Assembly: GCA_963836185.1 (NCBI GenBank)
Contig: CAWIIQ010000002.1
Span: 64,001-128,000, forward strand
From: Candidatus Krumholzibacteriia bacterium
GTDB lineage: Bacteria; Krumholzibacteriota; Krumholzibacteriia; Krumholzibacteriales; Krumholzibacteriaceae
Length of the DNA stretch: 64,000 nucleotides
Reading direction: 5' to 3'
This document shows positions 1 to 10,134 of this stretch, one piece after another. The stretch's first letter is position 1. Each line of letters begins with the position of its first letter. The notes beneath the pieces were generated by a model. That model was not told the origin of the DNA and searched no databases. It saw nothing but the letters and a program-made list of their open reading frames with translations. A program made the position numbers and the translations under genes.

Positions 1-119
1 ATCTGGTAGCCGTACATCGGCCGGCCGGATGCGGAGATCACTCCGAGAAGAAGCAGCGCCGCAGTTCCCGATTTCAGCTCCTTTTCGAACTTTCTGTTAG
101 CCGATTCTGTATCGATCAA
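1..119 (-). CDS. PadR-family transcriptional regulator (5' part; runs off window start)
   Basis: Not in the ORF track. Manual translation from TTG at 119 gives MIDTESANRKFEKELKSGTAALLLLGVISASGRPMYGYQI, matching the PadR N-terminus (ELKxG..LL..L....YGYxI). GAGG SD upstream. Confidence 0.8.
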   Translation of the reverse strand, partial: MIDTESANRKFEKELKSGTAALLLLGVISASGRPMYGYQ

Positions 120-164
120 TTCGTCCACCTCGCTTCGCGATAATGCTTACTTGAGCATACTGTC

Positions 165-198
165 TGATTAATACTACTATTAAATTCGTATTAGTCAA
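165..198. promoter_or_regulatory. Inverted repeat TGATTAATAC-N13-GTATTAGTCA overlapping the probable padR promoter (candidate PadR operator)
   Basis: Arms match 9/10. A minus-strand TTGACT (198-193) lies at its edge. Confidence 0.5.
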
Positions 199-249
199 GG
201 GTATTGTTTCAATAAATTGTTAAATATTTGCGAAACAATGCATTTTCAC

Positions 250-329
250 TTGCGTATCAGGAATATGAATGTATATTCACACGAAAGTTCATAAAATGAA
301 TTGAAGTTCAATACATGAATCAGTCTTCA
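250..329 (+). promoter_or_regulatory. tetR-RND operon promoter with three TGAA-N6-TTCA operator-like palindromes
   Basis: TTGCGT (250-255), 16 nt, TATATT (272-277). Palindromes at 266-279, 297-310 and 316-329. Confidence 0.6.
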
Positions 330-353
330 GAAGGCTGAAAGGAGGCCCTGAGA

Positions 354-1007
354 ATGGATGCCAACGAACAGGATCCCGGACGCCTCTCGCGCCGGGAAAG
401 AACGAGGCAGCAGCATCGCGACGAGATAGTCGCGGCCGCTACCGACCTGTTCGCGCAGCACGGCTACGAAGGCACCAGCATGCAGATGATCGCCGACCAG
501 ACAGAGATATCGGTCGGCAAACTCTACCTCCATTTCGAGGGCAAGGAAGACATGTACCGGAGCGTCATCGAATTCCATGCCGGGGCGATCAGGGATAAGG
601 CCAGCAAGGCGGTCGATCCCAAGGCGTCCCCCATCGACAGGATCCGTATGCGGACCATGGCGGTGATCGACTACATGGATGAGCATGACGAATTCGTCCG
701 CTTCTATGTCAGTGAGATGGAAGGTATGGGCAAGGGATGTTGTCAGAAGGACAGATCTGAGCACGGGATGCACCTGCAGGAGTTCGCCGTACTTATCAGA
801 GAGGCGATCGACAGGGGCGACATCCCGGACGAGGATCCCGAGATGATCACGGCGATGATACATGGTGCGGGGCACTCGATGATGGCGCTCGTCATCGAAA
901 GAGGCGACATGCCCTTCAGAACGGTAGCCGAGTACGTGGACAGGATGATACTGAGACCACTGGAGGATAGAAAACGTGAGGAAAAATCAAAAGGGGGCGG
1001 GTCATGA
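354..1007 (+). CDS. TetR/AcrR-family regulator
   Basis: N-terminal HTH (IVAAATDLFAQHGYEGTSMQMIADQTEISVGKLYLHFEGKEDM). AGGAGG SD. Confidence 0.95.
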   Translation: MDANEQDPGRLSRRERTRQQHRDEIVAAATDLFAQHGYEGTSMQMIADQTEISVGKLYLHFEGKEDMYRSVIEFHAGAIRDKASKAVDPKASPIDRIRMRTMAVIDYMDEHDEFVRFYVSEMEGMGKGCCQKDRSEHGMHLQEFAVLIREAIDRGDIPDEDPEMITAMIHGAGHSMMALVIERGDMPFRTVAEYVDRMILRPLEDRKREEKSKGGGS

Positions 1008-2407
1008 ATCCTAGAATGAGGCTGTCAGTGGCCGCTCTCATTATGATAGTGACTGCATCAGGCCCCTTGGCCAGTACATCTTTCGCCCAGGGTGGGAAGA
1101 TGACCCTCTCCCTGGATAAGGCTATCGAGCTCGGCCTGGCTAACGACGAGACTCTCAAGCAGGCCGGCGAGGCTCTGCTGGGCGCGGAGGCGTCGGTAAG
1201 GGAAGCGAAATCGGGAAGGATCCCTACCCTGGGCTTTACCGCTCAGTACGGCAGGAACATCCTCAAGCCGGTGATGTTTCTTCCGTCTGACATGGCCGAG
1301 GCCTTCGGGGGTGTGACGAAGATAGAGCTCGGCGAGGACAATGACGTATCGGCGATCGCAAACCTCAGATGGAACGCCTGGACAGGCGGAAGGGTATCGT
1401 CGGCGATAGGCGTGACGAGTGCGATCGCGGAGGCCGTAGCCAGCGGAGAGATAGCGGTGGCTGATTATGTCAGGTTCCAGCTGCAGGACGCCTATTTCGT
1501 CGTCCTTCTCAATAGCGCTATCCTGCGAATAAACGAGGCCGCATACGAGACTACACTCGAAGCTGTCAGGGTAGCAAAGGCGGGACATGATAATGGAACG
1601 GTAAGCAGGTTCGATCTGCTCCGTTCCGAGGTAGAGCTCGAGAACAGGGAAACGCCGATGATCGTCGCGCGTAACGATCTCGAGCAGGCCCTATATACAT
1701 TGAAGCGCCGCTGTGGAATCGATCCGCACGTCGAACTGGCGCTGTCCGATTCGCTCGGCTATGTCGAGCAGCCCGAGGATCTCGAGATGCTGCTGGCGAG
1801 GATGAGCAGGACCAATCCCGAGATCATCGCGGTCGGACACCAGATCAAGGCTGCCGAGATGAACATCAAACTCGAGAAGTCGTCCAGATGGCCGGGGCTC
1901 CAGCTCGGGGCGAACTACCTCGTACAGGGGCAGTGGTCGGACGACACGAATCCAAGTACCGATAATCTGGCGCATTCGTCGGCGATCACAGCTGCGTTCG
2001 TCTGGCCTATATTCGACGGCCTCCAGACGAAAGCACGGGTGGACAAGGCCAATGCGGAACTTCGCATAGCGGAGGTCGAGCTCGGGCGCGTCTCAAAGGA
2101 CAAGGAACTGGCAGTAAGGGTCTCAAGGCTCACCCTGGTAAACGCGATCACGGCCCTGCAGGGTCGCGAGGACGCGGTAGATCTGGCGGAAGAGGCGTAC
2201 AGGCTCGCTGAAGTCAGGCTGATAAACGGACTGGCGACTCCGCTCGAGCGTCTCGACGCCGAACTGGCAATGACGACGGCAAGGGGGCAGTACGCGACCG
2301 CGCTGTACGCCGCGAATATCGCGTCGGCGGCTCTGGAGTTGACCCTTGGAGGAGGCACCGCCGGGAAATATCCATCGGCGGCACGAAAGGAGAATGGCGA
2401 TGAGTAA
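1004..2407 (+). CDS. TolC-family outer membrane efflux protein
   Basis: Signal peptide, LSLDKAIELGLANDE and two OEP helical repeats. Overlapping start/stop with tetR. Confidence 0.92.
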   Translation: MNPRMRLSVAALIMIVTASGPLASTSFAQGGKMTLSLDKAIELGLANDETLKQAGEALLGAEASVREAKSGRIPTLGFTAQYGRNILKPVMFLPSDMAEAFGGVTKIELGEDNDVSAIANLRWNAWTGGRVSSAIGVTSAIAEAVASGEIAVADYVRFQLQDAYFVVLLNSAILRINEAAYETTLEAVRVAKAGHDNGTVSRFDLLRSEVELENRETPMIVARNDLEQALYTLKRRCGIDPHVELALSDSLGYVEQPEDLEMLLARMSRTNPEIIAVGHQIKAAEMNIKLEKSSRWPGLQLGANYLVQGQWSDDTNPSTDNLAHSSAITAAFVWPIFDGLQTKARVDKANAELRIAEVELGRVSKDKELAVRVSRLTLVNAITALQGREDAVDLAEEAYRLAEVRLINGLATPLERLDAELAMTTARGQYATALYAANIASAALELTLGGGTAGKYPSAARKENGDE

Positions 2408-3512
2408 CGGAAACACGAAGAAGGGCCACGGACGGCTGATCGTCATCCTGATCGTTGTCGCATTCATAGCGGCCTTCGGGATAAGGTTCGCCGTCCTCGG
2501 CCAGAAGGACTCGGTGGCGAGCATCCGCTCGATCCAGGAGAGCGAAGGCATCCCGGTCGAGGCAGTGTCCGCGGTAACGGGGGACATCGAGGTATGGAAC
2601 ACGATGGCCGGTACGGTCGAGGGAATAGTCCAGTACCCTGTCGTTTCGACAAACTCGATACAGGTGATGGATGTCCTCAGGCGCGAGGGCGACCATGTGA
2701 ACAAGGGCGACATCATCATCAGGCTGGAGAAGACATCTCCCAACCCGATGCTTCACTCGTATGCCCGTTCGAAGGCTGTTTACGACGACGCGCTGAGCGA
2801 CGTGCGCAGGATGCGGGTTCTCTACGAGGAGGGAGCGATTTCAGCGCAGCAGCTCGAAAAGGCCGAGATGGGGCTGAAGATCGCCGAGTCGGACCTGGTA
2901 AACGCACGTGCGGGTACCGACCTGGTCGCCGACCGCGAGGGGATCGTCACCAGTGTGATGGTCAATCCCGGCGACATGGCTGATAACGGCAAGCCTGTCG
3001 CATGGGTCGCCAGGACCGACACGGTCATCGTCAAGTTTTCCGCCGGAAGCAGGCAGGCGATGGTCCTGGAGAAGGGCCAGCGTGCGGTATGGTTCGCGGA
3101 AGAGACAGGTGAGAGAGGCGAGGGAGTCGTTTCGAGGCTCGATCTTTCCGCCGACCCTGACACGAGGCTTCTCGCCGGTGAGGCGCTCTTCGCGAATCCC
3201 GACGACAGACTCATGCCCGGCGTTCTCGTTTCGTTCGGTGTCCTGACTGGCGAGAGGCGCGGCGTGGTCAAGATCCCGGTCGGCAGCCTGATTCTGAAAG
3301 GCGACCAGTTCAGCGTGTTCGTGGTCGAGGGCGACGGGACCGGAAAGAGGATCTCGAAGTACCGCGCCGTAGTGCCGGGACTCAGGACATCCGATGAGGT
3401 CGAGATACTCAGCGGCCTTGAAGCGGGTGAGAGCGTCGTGCTCTTCGGCCAGACGAGGATAGAGGACGGCAGCTTCGTCAAGGTCATCAATGACGGAGAG
3501 GGGGAAAGATGA
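2400..3512 (+). CDS. RND efflux periplasmic adaptor (membrane fusion protein)
   Basis: N-terminal TM, REGDHVNKGD lipoyl-like motif, coiled hairpin, LMPG, EILSGLEAGESVV. Start moved to ATG 2400 after the AGGAG SD. Confidence 0.92.
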   Translation: MSNGNTKKGHGRLIVILIVVAFIAAFGIRFAVLGQKDSVASIRSIQESEGIPVEAVSAVTGDIEVWNTMAGTVEGIVQYPVVSTNSIQVMDVLRREGDHVNKGDIIIRLEKTSPNPMLHSYARSKAVYDDALSDVRRMRVLYEEGAISAQQLEKAEMGLKIAESDLVNARAGTDLVADREGIVTSVMVNPGDMADNGKPVAWVARTDTVIVKFSAGSRQAMVLEKGQRAVWFAEETGERGEGVVSRLDLSADPDTRLLAGEALFANPDDRLMPGVLVSFGVLTGERRGVVKIPVGSLILKGDQFSVFVVEGDGTGKRISKYRAVVPGLRTSDEVEILSGLEAGESVVLFGQTRIEDGSFVKVINDGEGER

Positions 3513-6500
3513 ACATCTTCCGTTTCTTCGTCAGGCGTCCGGTCCTGACGACGATGATACTCGTCGTCCTCATCGTCATGGGTCTCTACTCTTACCAGAG
3601 GCTCGTGATCGAGATGATGCCGAACGTCGAGTTTCCTTTCATCATCGTCACGACGGTATACCCGGGGGCCTCGCCGGCAGAGATAGAAAGCCAGGTGACG
3701 AAGAAGATCGAGGACGAGATCGCGACGATCGCGAACGTCAAGAACCTCACGTCGTATTCGCAGGAGAACGTCTCTCTCGTGCTCGTCGAGTTCGAGCTCG
3801 AGACGAGCGTCGACCTCGACGCGATCGACGTGAAGGACAAGGTCGACGCGATACTCTTCGATCTTCCAGACGGCGTGGAGAAGCCGGTCATCCAGAAGTT
3901 CGACATAGGGGCGTTCCCCGTCATGGAGCTCGCCGTATCGGCGCCGAGGCCTCTTCAGGAGGTCTACGAGGTCGCCGACAAGGTCGTCAAGGAGCGGCTG
4001 AGCCGCATCAACGGCGTCGGCGAGGTAGAGGTGACGGGCAAGCGCGAGAGGGAGATCAGGGTAGAGATAGATCCCGGGCGTCTTCGCGCATACGGGCTCA
4101 CCCTGATCGACGTGGTCGGTTTCGTCGGGATGGAGAACCTCAACATCCCGGCAGGGCATATAACGAGAGGCGCGACCGAGACGACCCTGCGTCTGATCGG
4201 GGAATTCTCCGATCCGAGTGAGATCGCCGATATCCGGCTTCCGCTGCGGTCGGGCGGGAATATTCCTCTCTCCGAAGTGGCGGAGGTACACGATACGATA
4301 GAGGAGCTCCGCGAGTCCTCGACATACAACGGACAGCCCGTGATCGGCCTCTCGATCATCAAGAGATCGGACGGGAACACTGTCGAGGTGGCCAACGGCG
4401 TTAACGAGGCACTCGAAGATCTCGAGAAGATACTCGACAGCGACATCGATGTCACTATCACGAGTGATTCGTCGACATTCGTCTTCGACTCGGTCAACGA
4501 CGTGCTGTCGAATATCATGATCGGGATCCTGCTCACTTCGATCCTGCTCTTCATGTTCCTCCATGACTGGAGACAGACGGTCGTGGCCGTCATCTCGATG
4601 CCCGTTTCGGTAATAGCTACATTCATGCTCATCGAAATGGCCGGGTTCTCGATCAATATCATGACATTGATGGCGCTCGGTATCTCGATCGGCACGCTCG
4701 TGACCAACTCGATCGTGGTCATCGAGAACATCACCCGTCACGTCAAGGCGGGGGATGACCCGTACATCGCGGCGGAGAAAGGGACCGGCGAGATCGCCGT
4801 GGCGGTGCTCGCGTCGACACTTACCAACATCGTAGTATTCACGCCGATCGCTTTCATGAGCGGGATCATCGGGAGGTTCTTCCTCCAGTTCGGAGTGACT
4901 GTTGTATTCGCCACGCTCTTCTCGCTGATAATCAGCTTCACGATGGTCCCGATGCTCTCGGCAAGGCTGCTTCGGGCCAAGGCCGGCGATCAGCACGACG
5001 AAGGACATATATGGACGAAGTTCACCTCAGCGTGGGACAGGGCGTATGACGGGATGGCGAACGGGTACAAGTCGCTGCTGGCCATATTCCTCGAGAGGAG
5101 ATGGATACCGATAACAGTCAGTGCGCTGATGTTCTTCTTCGCGATTTTCCTCTTCGGATCCGTTGGGGGAGAGTTCATGCCCGTGATGGACCAGAACATA
5201 GTGATCATCCAGCTCGAGCTTCCCGCCGGAACGAGCCTCGAGCGCACCCAGGAAGTGGCGTCGAGGATCGAGGGAAGGATGCGCGCCCATGACGAGGTGA
5301 TAGGCGTCATCACCAAGATCGGCGGCGGCCAGAGAGGTGTGGAGGATGCTGCCATCACACTCAGGCTGACGAAGGGCAATGAGCGCGAGATCAAGATCAA
5401 GGAATTCATGAACCTTGTCAGGACAGAACTCGCAGATCTTCCGGACGCCGCGATATCGGTAGTCACAGAGGGCGAAGGAGGCGGCAGCAATTCGGACCTT
5501 CTCATGGAGGTCCTCTCGAGCGACCAGGAGAGCCTGTCCCTGATAGCGGGGCAGGTCTACGAGATCGTCCGCAACACCGAGGGGCTCGTCGAGGTGCAGT
5601 CGAGCGAGAAGGCGGGAAAGCCCGAGATAGTGATCCGGCCGAAGCGCCGTCAGCTATCCTGGCGCGGCCTCAATCCGATGACCGTCGGGATGATACTGAG
5701 GACCGCCTACGAAGGTGAGGAGGCCGGTGTCTATCGTGAACACGGTGAAGAGTACGACATCAAGGTCAAGTACGAGGAGAGCGCGCGGAAGGACCCGGCG
5801 TTCCTCAGGGACCTCCCGGTAGGGATGCCGGGGGGAGGGACCGTTCCCCTGTCCGACGTGGTGACACTCGAGAACCGGACTGGCGAGTCGGAGATCAGGC
5901 ACAAGGACAAGCAGCGGATGGTCGAGATCACCGCCAACGTCTCCACGGGAAGCCTCTCCGAGGCGCGAGCGCTGATCGACGCCGAGATAGCGAAGCTCGA
6001 TATCCCTTCCGGAGTCAGGATCAGTTATGGCGGGATGGCGGAGATCCAGGACGAGTCGTTCGCGTCGATACAGACGGCGATGATCCTCGCGATCATCTTC
6101 ATCTATATCGTGATGGCGGGCATACTGGAAAGTTTCATCCACCCGGTGACGGTAATGATAACTCTGCCGCTCGGACTGATCGGCGCCTCGTTCGGCCTCT
6201 TCTTCTCGGGGCAGACGATCAATATCATGTCCCTGATGGCGATGGTCATGCTTGTCGGGATCGTGGTGAACAACGCTATCCTCCTTCTCGACTACACGAA
6301 GCAGCTCAGAGAAAAAGGGATGGCGATAAAGGAGGCCCTGCTCGAGGCGTGTCCGACGAGGCTGCGCCCGATCATCATGGCGAACCTCGCAATCGCGATA
6401 GGGATGATCCCGCAGGCGATGGGGGGGGCGGGAGCCGAGTACAGGGTTCCCATGGCCGTCGTCCAGATCGGCGGAGTCCTGATGTCGTCGGTATTCACCC

Positions 6501-6592
6501 TGTTCGTGATCCCTGTCATGTACACGATCCTGGACAGGATGACATTCGCCGGCAGGAAGGCGAGAAAGGCGCGCAGGGCCGAGGCCCTCTAA
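3509..6592 (+). CDS. AcrB/AcrD/AcrF-family RND permease
   Basis: 1027 aa with RRPV start, YPGASP, GIVVNNAILL and RLRPIIM motifs. Confidence 0.96.
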   Translation: MNIFRFFVRRPVLTTMILVVLIVMGLYSYQRLVIEMMPNVEFPFIIVTTVYPGASPAEIESQVTKKIEDEIATIANVKNLTSYSQENVSLVLVEFELETSVDLDAIDVKDKVDAILFDLPDGVEKPVIQKFDIGAFPVMELAVSAPRPLQEVYEVADKVVKERLSRINGVGEVEVTGKREREIRVEIDPGRLRAYGLTLIDVVGFVGMENLNIPAGHITRGATETTLRLIGEFSDPSEIADIRLPLRSGGNIPLSEVAEVHDTIEELRESSTYNGQPVIGLSIIKRSDGNTVEVANGVNEALEDLEKILDSDIDVTITSDSSTFVFDSVNDVLSNIMIGILLTSILLFMFLHDWRQTVVAVISMPVSVIATFMLIEMAGFSINIMTLMALGISIGTLVTNSIVVIENITRHVKAGDDPYIAAEKGTGEIAVAVLASTLTNIVVFTPIAFMSGIIGRFFLQFGVTVVFATLFSLIISFTMVPMLSARLLRAKAGDQHDEGHIWTKFTSAWDRAYDGMANGYKSLLAIFLERRWIPITVSALMFFFAIFLFGSVGGEFMPVMDQNIVIIQLELPAGTSLERTQEVASRIEGRMRAHDEVIGVITKIGGGQRGVEDAAITLRLTKGNEREIKIKEFMNLVRTELADLPDAAISVVTEGEGGGSNSDLLMEVLSSDQESLSLIAGQVYEIVRNTEGLVEVQSSEKAGKPEIVIRPKRRQLSWRGLNPMTVGMILRTAYEGEEAGVYREHGEEYDIKVKYEESARKDPAFLRDLPVGMPGGGTVPLSDVVTLENRTGESEIRHKDKQRMVEITANVSTGSLSEARALIDAEIAKLDIPSGVRISYGGMAEIQDESFASIQTAMILAIIFIYIVMAGILESFIHPVTVMITLPLGLIGASFGLFFSGQTINIMSLMAMVMLVGIVVNNAILLLDYTKQLREKGMAIKEALLEACPTRLRPIIMANLAIAIGMIPQAMGGAGAEYRVPMAVVQIGGVLMSSVFTLFVIPVMYTILDRMTFAGRKARKARRAEAL

Positions 6593-6800
6593 GGTGCGGA
6601 AATTGTGGCGCGGAAAGGGAAGTGATGGTATCATGGCGGTCGATGCGGCAAGCCGCATAGCCCACCGCTAACAGGATATAAACCGGCCGGTCGGGCCGTT
6701 GCAATGAATCGTTGGATCCAGGCGTGACGGTTGACAGAGACCGGCTGTCAGGGGCGGGTAATATGCCCGCCCCGTTTCAGGTACAGGGGGTTCGGAGGAG

Positions 6801-7973
6801 TTGGCTGTCTCGATTACCGGAATCATCAAGCGCCTGTCACGCAGAAACGCCGCACTGCTTCTGATCGTATCGATCTCGCTTGTCATCAGGCTCTTCCTCG
6901 CCTTCGACTGCACCGCCGTCCCCGATTTCAGCGACATGGAGACATACAATATGCTCGCGCTGCAGGGAGGCATCAGTGTCGCGCCTCCACCTGGATATCC
7001 TCTCTTCCTGCGCGCGATATATGACGTCTTCGGTCCGCGAGACTACCTCGCCGTCTTTATCATCCATGGGATCATCAGTGCTTTGACGGTCGGACTGATC
7101 TTCCTCGTAGCCGAGAAGGTCGCTGATTTCAGGGCAGCGGTAATAGCCGCCGTGACGGCTGCCGTTTTCCCGAATTTCCTTGTCTATAATCTCATGACTA
7201 TGAGCGAGACACTGGGGCTCTTCTTCGCCGTCCTGATAATGTACCTTCTCGTCTCCGATATGGGAGACATGAAAAAGGCTGTCGGCGGCGCGCTGCTGCT
7301 CGTAGCGGCCTGCGCCGTCCGTCCGGTGCTGATATTTTTCTGGCCCGGCATGCTGGCCGGTCTGAAGAAACGTACCGTCTTCATCGTCGCGACGATTCTG
7401 CTCGTATCGCCATGGGTGATCTACAGCGCGTCGATCGGGAAGGTGACGAACAGGCCGGGCAGGGCGTTCTACAAGACATACAATCCGGAATCGAACGGGA
7501 AGCAGTTCGTGAGCATAGAAAACACACCGCTGTCTGCTCCAGATATACCGAACGGGGTCTATTTCAGGGAGGCATTCGATTTTATCATCCACAACAAGTG
7601 GAAGACGATGAACATCATATATAACAAGGCGGCGATGATCTTTTCGAGGGGATGGGACCTGCATTTCATGCAGCGGATAGTGAGGAACGGCTCGTTCTGG
7701 GGGTTCCTGATGATCTATTCCTTCATCCCTGTCATGCTGCTCGGCATGGCGGGTGTGATAATCGACTGGGATGAAAAAAACAGGATGCTGGCATATCTGC
7801 TGATAAGCTATCTTGCCGCCTTTGTCTTTCTGGCGATATTCAAGGTAAGGTACAGGTTTCTTGTCGAACCCATATTCATCATCTTCAGCGCGATCTTCAT
7901 CGACCGGGTGATCGGGAATCACCGGGCGGCGGGAGTGATGGCCGGAGAAGAAGAGGTGGTGGATGATGGGTAA
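6801..7973 (+). CDS. GT-C fold membrane glycosyltransferase (ArnT/PMT-like)
   Basis: Multi-TM protein with PDFSDM loop, PPGYPLFL, MSETL, VRP and RYR motifs. Confidence 0.75.
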   Translation: MAVSITGIIKRLSRRNAALLLIVSISLVIRLFLAFDCTAVPDFSDMETYNMLALQGGISVAPPPGYPLFLRAIYDVFGPRDYLAVFIIHGIISALTVGLIFLVAEKVADFRAAVIAAVTAAVFPNFLVYNLMTMSETLGLFFAVLIMYLLVSDMGDMKKAVGGALLLVAACAVRPVLIFFWPGMLAGLKKRTVFIVATILLVSPWVIYSASIGKVTNRPGRAFYKTYNPESNGKQFVSIENTPLSAPDIPNGVYFREAFDFIIHNKWKTMNIIYNKAAMIFSRGWDLHFMQRIVRNGSFWGFLMIYSFIPVMLLGMAGVIIDWDEKNRMLAYLLISYLAAFVFLAIFKVRYRFLVEPIFIIFSAIFIDRVIGNHRAAGVMAGEEEVVDDG

Positions 7974-9105
7974 GAGCAAGAAGAGAGAGAGACGGGAGCA
8001 ACAGAAGAAGCTCGAACAGAAACGGAAGCGGAGCTTCAGGGAGATGCTGCCGCCTGACTGGGAGATCCTGTCGGTGATCCTGCTGCTTGCGCTCGTGCTG
8101 AGGATCTGGTTCGCCTTTTCTTATGACTCGACACTCTACGACCAGGCCGGAGAGGGCATCAGGTATATCGGCCAGGTCAAAGGAGGGCCCGTCGACTCGT
8201 CGTCGCCCCCTCTATATATATTGTTCCTCAGGGTCTGCCTGGGGATCTTCGGCCGCGGCGCCGCGAAAGCGGCTTTTGTCTTCAAGGGGATCATCGGCAC
8301 GGTCTCCGTGGCTCTGATCTACTATATCGCCAGAGAGATATCAGACAGGACTACGGCCGTTATCTCCGCGGTTATCGCCGCCATCTATGTCCACTACATC
8401 ATGGCGGCCCTGGCGCTCTCGCCGAGAGTCCCGGGTATCATGGTCATTCTGGCAGTCACGCTTATCCTGATCAGGGTGAAGGAAGGAAAGAGAGGCAACG
8501 GGTTGGCCGGAGCCATTCTTGGCCTCGGTATCCTTGTCGATCCATACCTTCTCCTGTTCGTACCGGGATTTCTGCTCGTGTCCCGGAAGAGATCGTTTTT
8601 CGCGGCCGCGCTTCTCGGCGTCGTGATGCCCTGGATGATAAGGAATTCCGTTCGGGAAGGTGCCATCATGCCCGTATATGCCCCGGATGCACTGGAACTG
8701 GATCTCTCGACGTGGGTGGTCAGGGAACTGGAAGGTCTATACCTTTTCGTGGACAAGATATATGTGAACGCGGCAAGCATTCCGTCAAGAGGTGCGGGGT
8801 GGGTCGAGCCATCCGGTTCCGTGGTCGATGAGAAGATACGGAACATTTCGATGTTCGGAAATTATTTCTACATGGTTACAGTCCTGTGCGGTCTCGTCGG
8901 AATGCTGCGGTACCACTCGAAGGAGCAAAGGCTGCTCCTATTACCAGCGCTCATCTATCTGGGGCTTCTTGTCCTCTTCTCCACGTGCAGGAATTCGAAC
9001 AGGCTGCTTGCCGAACATATAGCCATATTCTACGCGGCCATCCTGTTGACCCGTATTTTCAGCCGGCTCACGAAGAGATACTCCGGCGAGGCCCGTTCAC
9101 GGTGA
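7963..9105 (+). CDS. Second, divergent GT-C fold membrane glycosyltransferase-like protein
   Basis: PPLYILFL and PWMIRN motifs, multi-TM, same layout as the upstream gene, highly basic N-terminus. Confidence 0.65.
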   Translation: MMGKSKKRERREQQKKLEQKRKRSFREMLPPDWEILSVILLLALVLRIWFAFSYDSTLYDQAGEGIRYIGQVKGGPVDSSSPPLYILFLRVCLGIFGRGAAKAAFVFKGIIGTVSVALIYYIAREISDRTTAVISAVIAAIYVHYIMAALALSPRVPGIMVILAVTLILIRVKEGKRGNGLAGAILGLGILVDPYLLLFVPGFLLVSRKRSFFAAALLGVVMPWMIRNSVREGAIMPVYAPDALELDLSTWVVRELEGLYLFVDKIYVNAASIPSRGAGWVEPSGSVVDEKIRNISMFGNYFYMVTVLCGLVGMLRYHSKEQRLLLLPALIYLGLLVLFSTCRNSNRLLAEHIAIFYAAILLTRIFSRLTKRYSGEARSR

Positions 9106-9190
9106 TTCCCCGGTCAGGATAAAACGATTGAATGGACTGGCGCCGTTTGGATAGTATCGGGCGTGTCGTAACGTGAACCTGTGAGGCGTG

Positions 9191-10134
9191 ATGTACAACA
9201 GCAAGACAGTGACAGTGGTCATCCCCGCTCTTGACGAGGAACGGGACCTGGGCGCGGTGATCGATTCGATCCCCGAGTTCGTCGATTCGGTCGTCGTCAT
9301 CGATGACGGATCGACTGATGGTACCGCTCGCTGTCGCGCGTGAGAGAGGGGCCGAGGTGATAAGCCACGGCCGCAACAGGGGTGTCGGGGCCGCGTTCGA
9401 GACCGGCAGGCGCAGAGCTCTGGCCCTTCATTCCGATATAATGGTCAATATGGACGGGGACGGGCAGTTCGATCCGGCCGATATCGTCAAGCTGGTAGGG
9501 CCCGTCGCGGATGGCAGCGCTGATTTTGTCACCGCTTCGCGCTTCAAGGATCCGGACCTCTACCCCGAGATGAGCAGGACGAAGTTTCTCGGCAACAGGA
9601 TGATGTCACGCCTTATCAGCAGGCTGACCGGCCGGCGGTTCCATGACGTCTCATGCGGATTCCGGGCATACTCGAGGACGGCTCTGCTGAGGCTGAACCT
9701 GTTCGGAGAATTCACATATACACAGGAGACATTCCTCGAGTTCGCCTTCAAGGGGATGACGATACTGGAGGTTCCGGTAGAGGTAAGGGGGCGGCGGGAA
9801 CACGGCAGCTCCAGGGTCGCCTCGAACCTATTCAGGTATACGTGGCAGACGATGAAGATCATCGTCAGGACGATGCGCGATTACAAGCCGCTGAGGCTTT
9901 TTGCCGGCGTATCGGCGCTGCTGCTCGCGGCCGGACTTGTCCCGGCTGTATTTCTCATGATCCATTACGGCAGCACGGGCATGTTCACTCCTCACAAGTG
10001 GGCCGGATTCCTCGCCGGCTTTCTCTTCATACTATCGGCGTTGAGCTTTCTTCTCGGATTCATCCTCGACATGTTCGCCAGGATGAGGATCAACCAGGAG
10101 GAGATCCTGTCGATCCTCAGGAAGCAGGGACTGA
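9191..10134 (+). CDS. GT2 polyprenol-phosphate glycosyltransferase (DPM1-like); apparent +1 frameshifts near 9326 and ~10129
   Basis: MYNSKTVTVVIPALDEE...VIDDGSTDGT from ATG 9191 joins the 9303 frame (NRGVG, DGDGQ, DVSCGFRAY) by removing one base. Removing one G in GGG (10127-10129) gives TGA at 10132-10134, abutting the convergent gene. Confidence 0.8.

Noticed and set aside
2822-6658. Long antisense ORFs (728 aa, 334 aa) opposite the RND genes, and many similar shadow ORFs elsewhere
   Set aside because: Expected stop-poor antisense frames of GC-rich coding DNA; no recognisable motifs.
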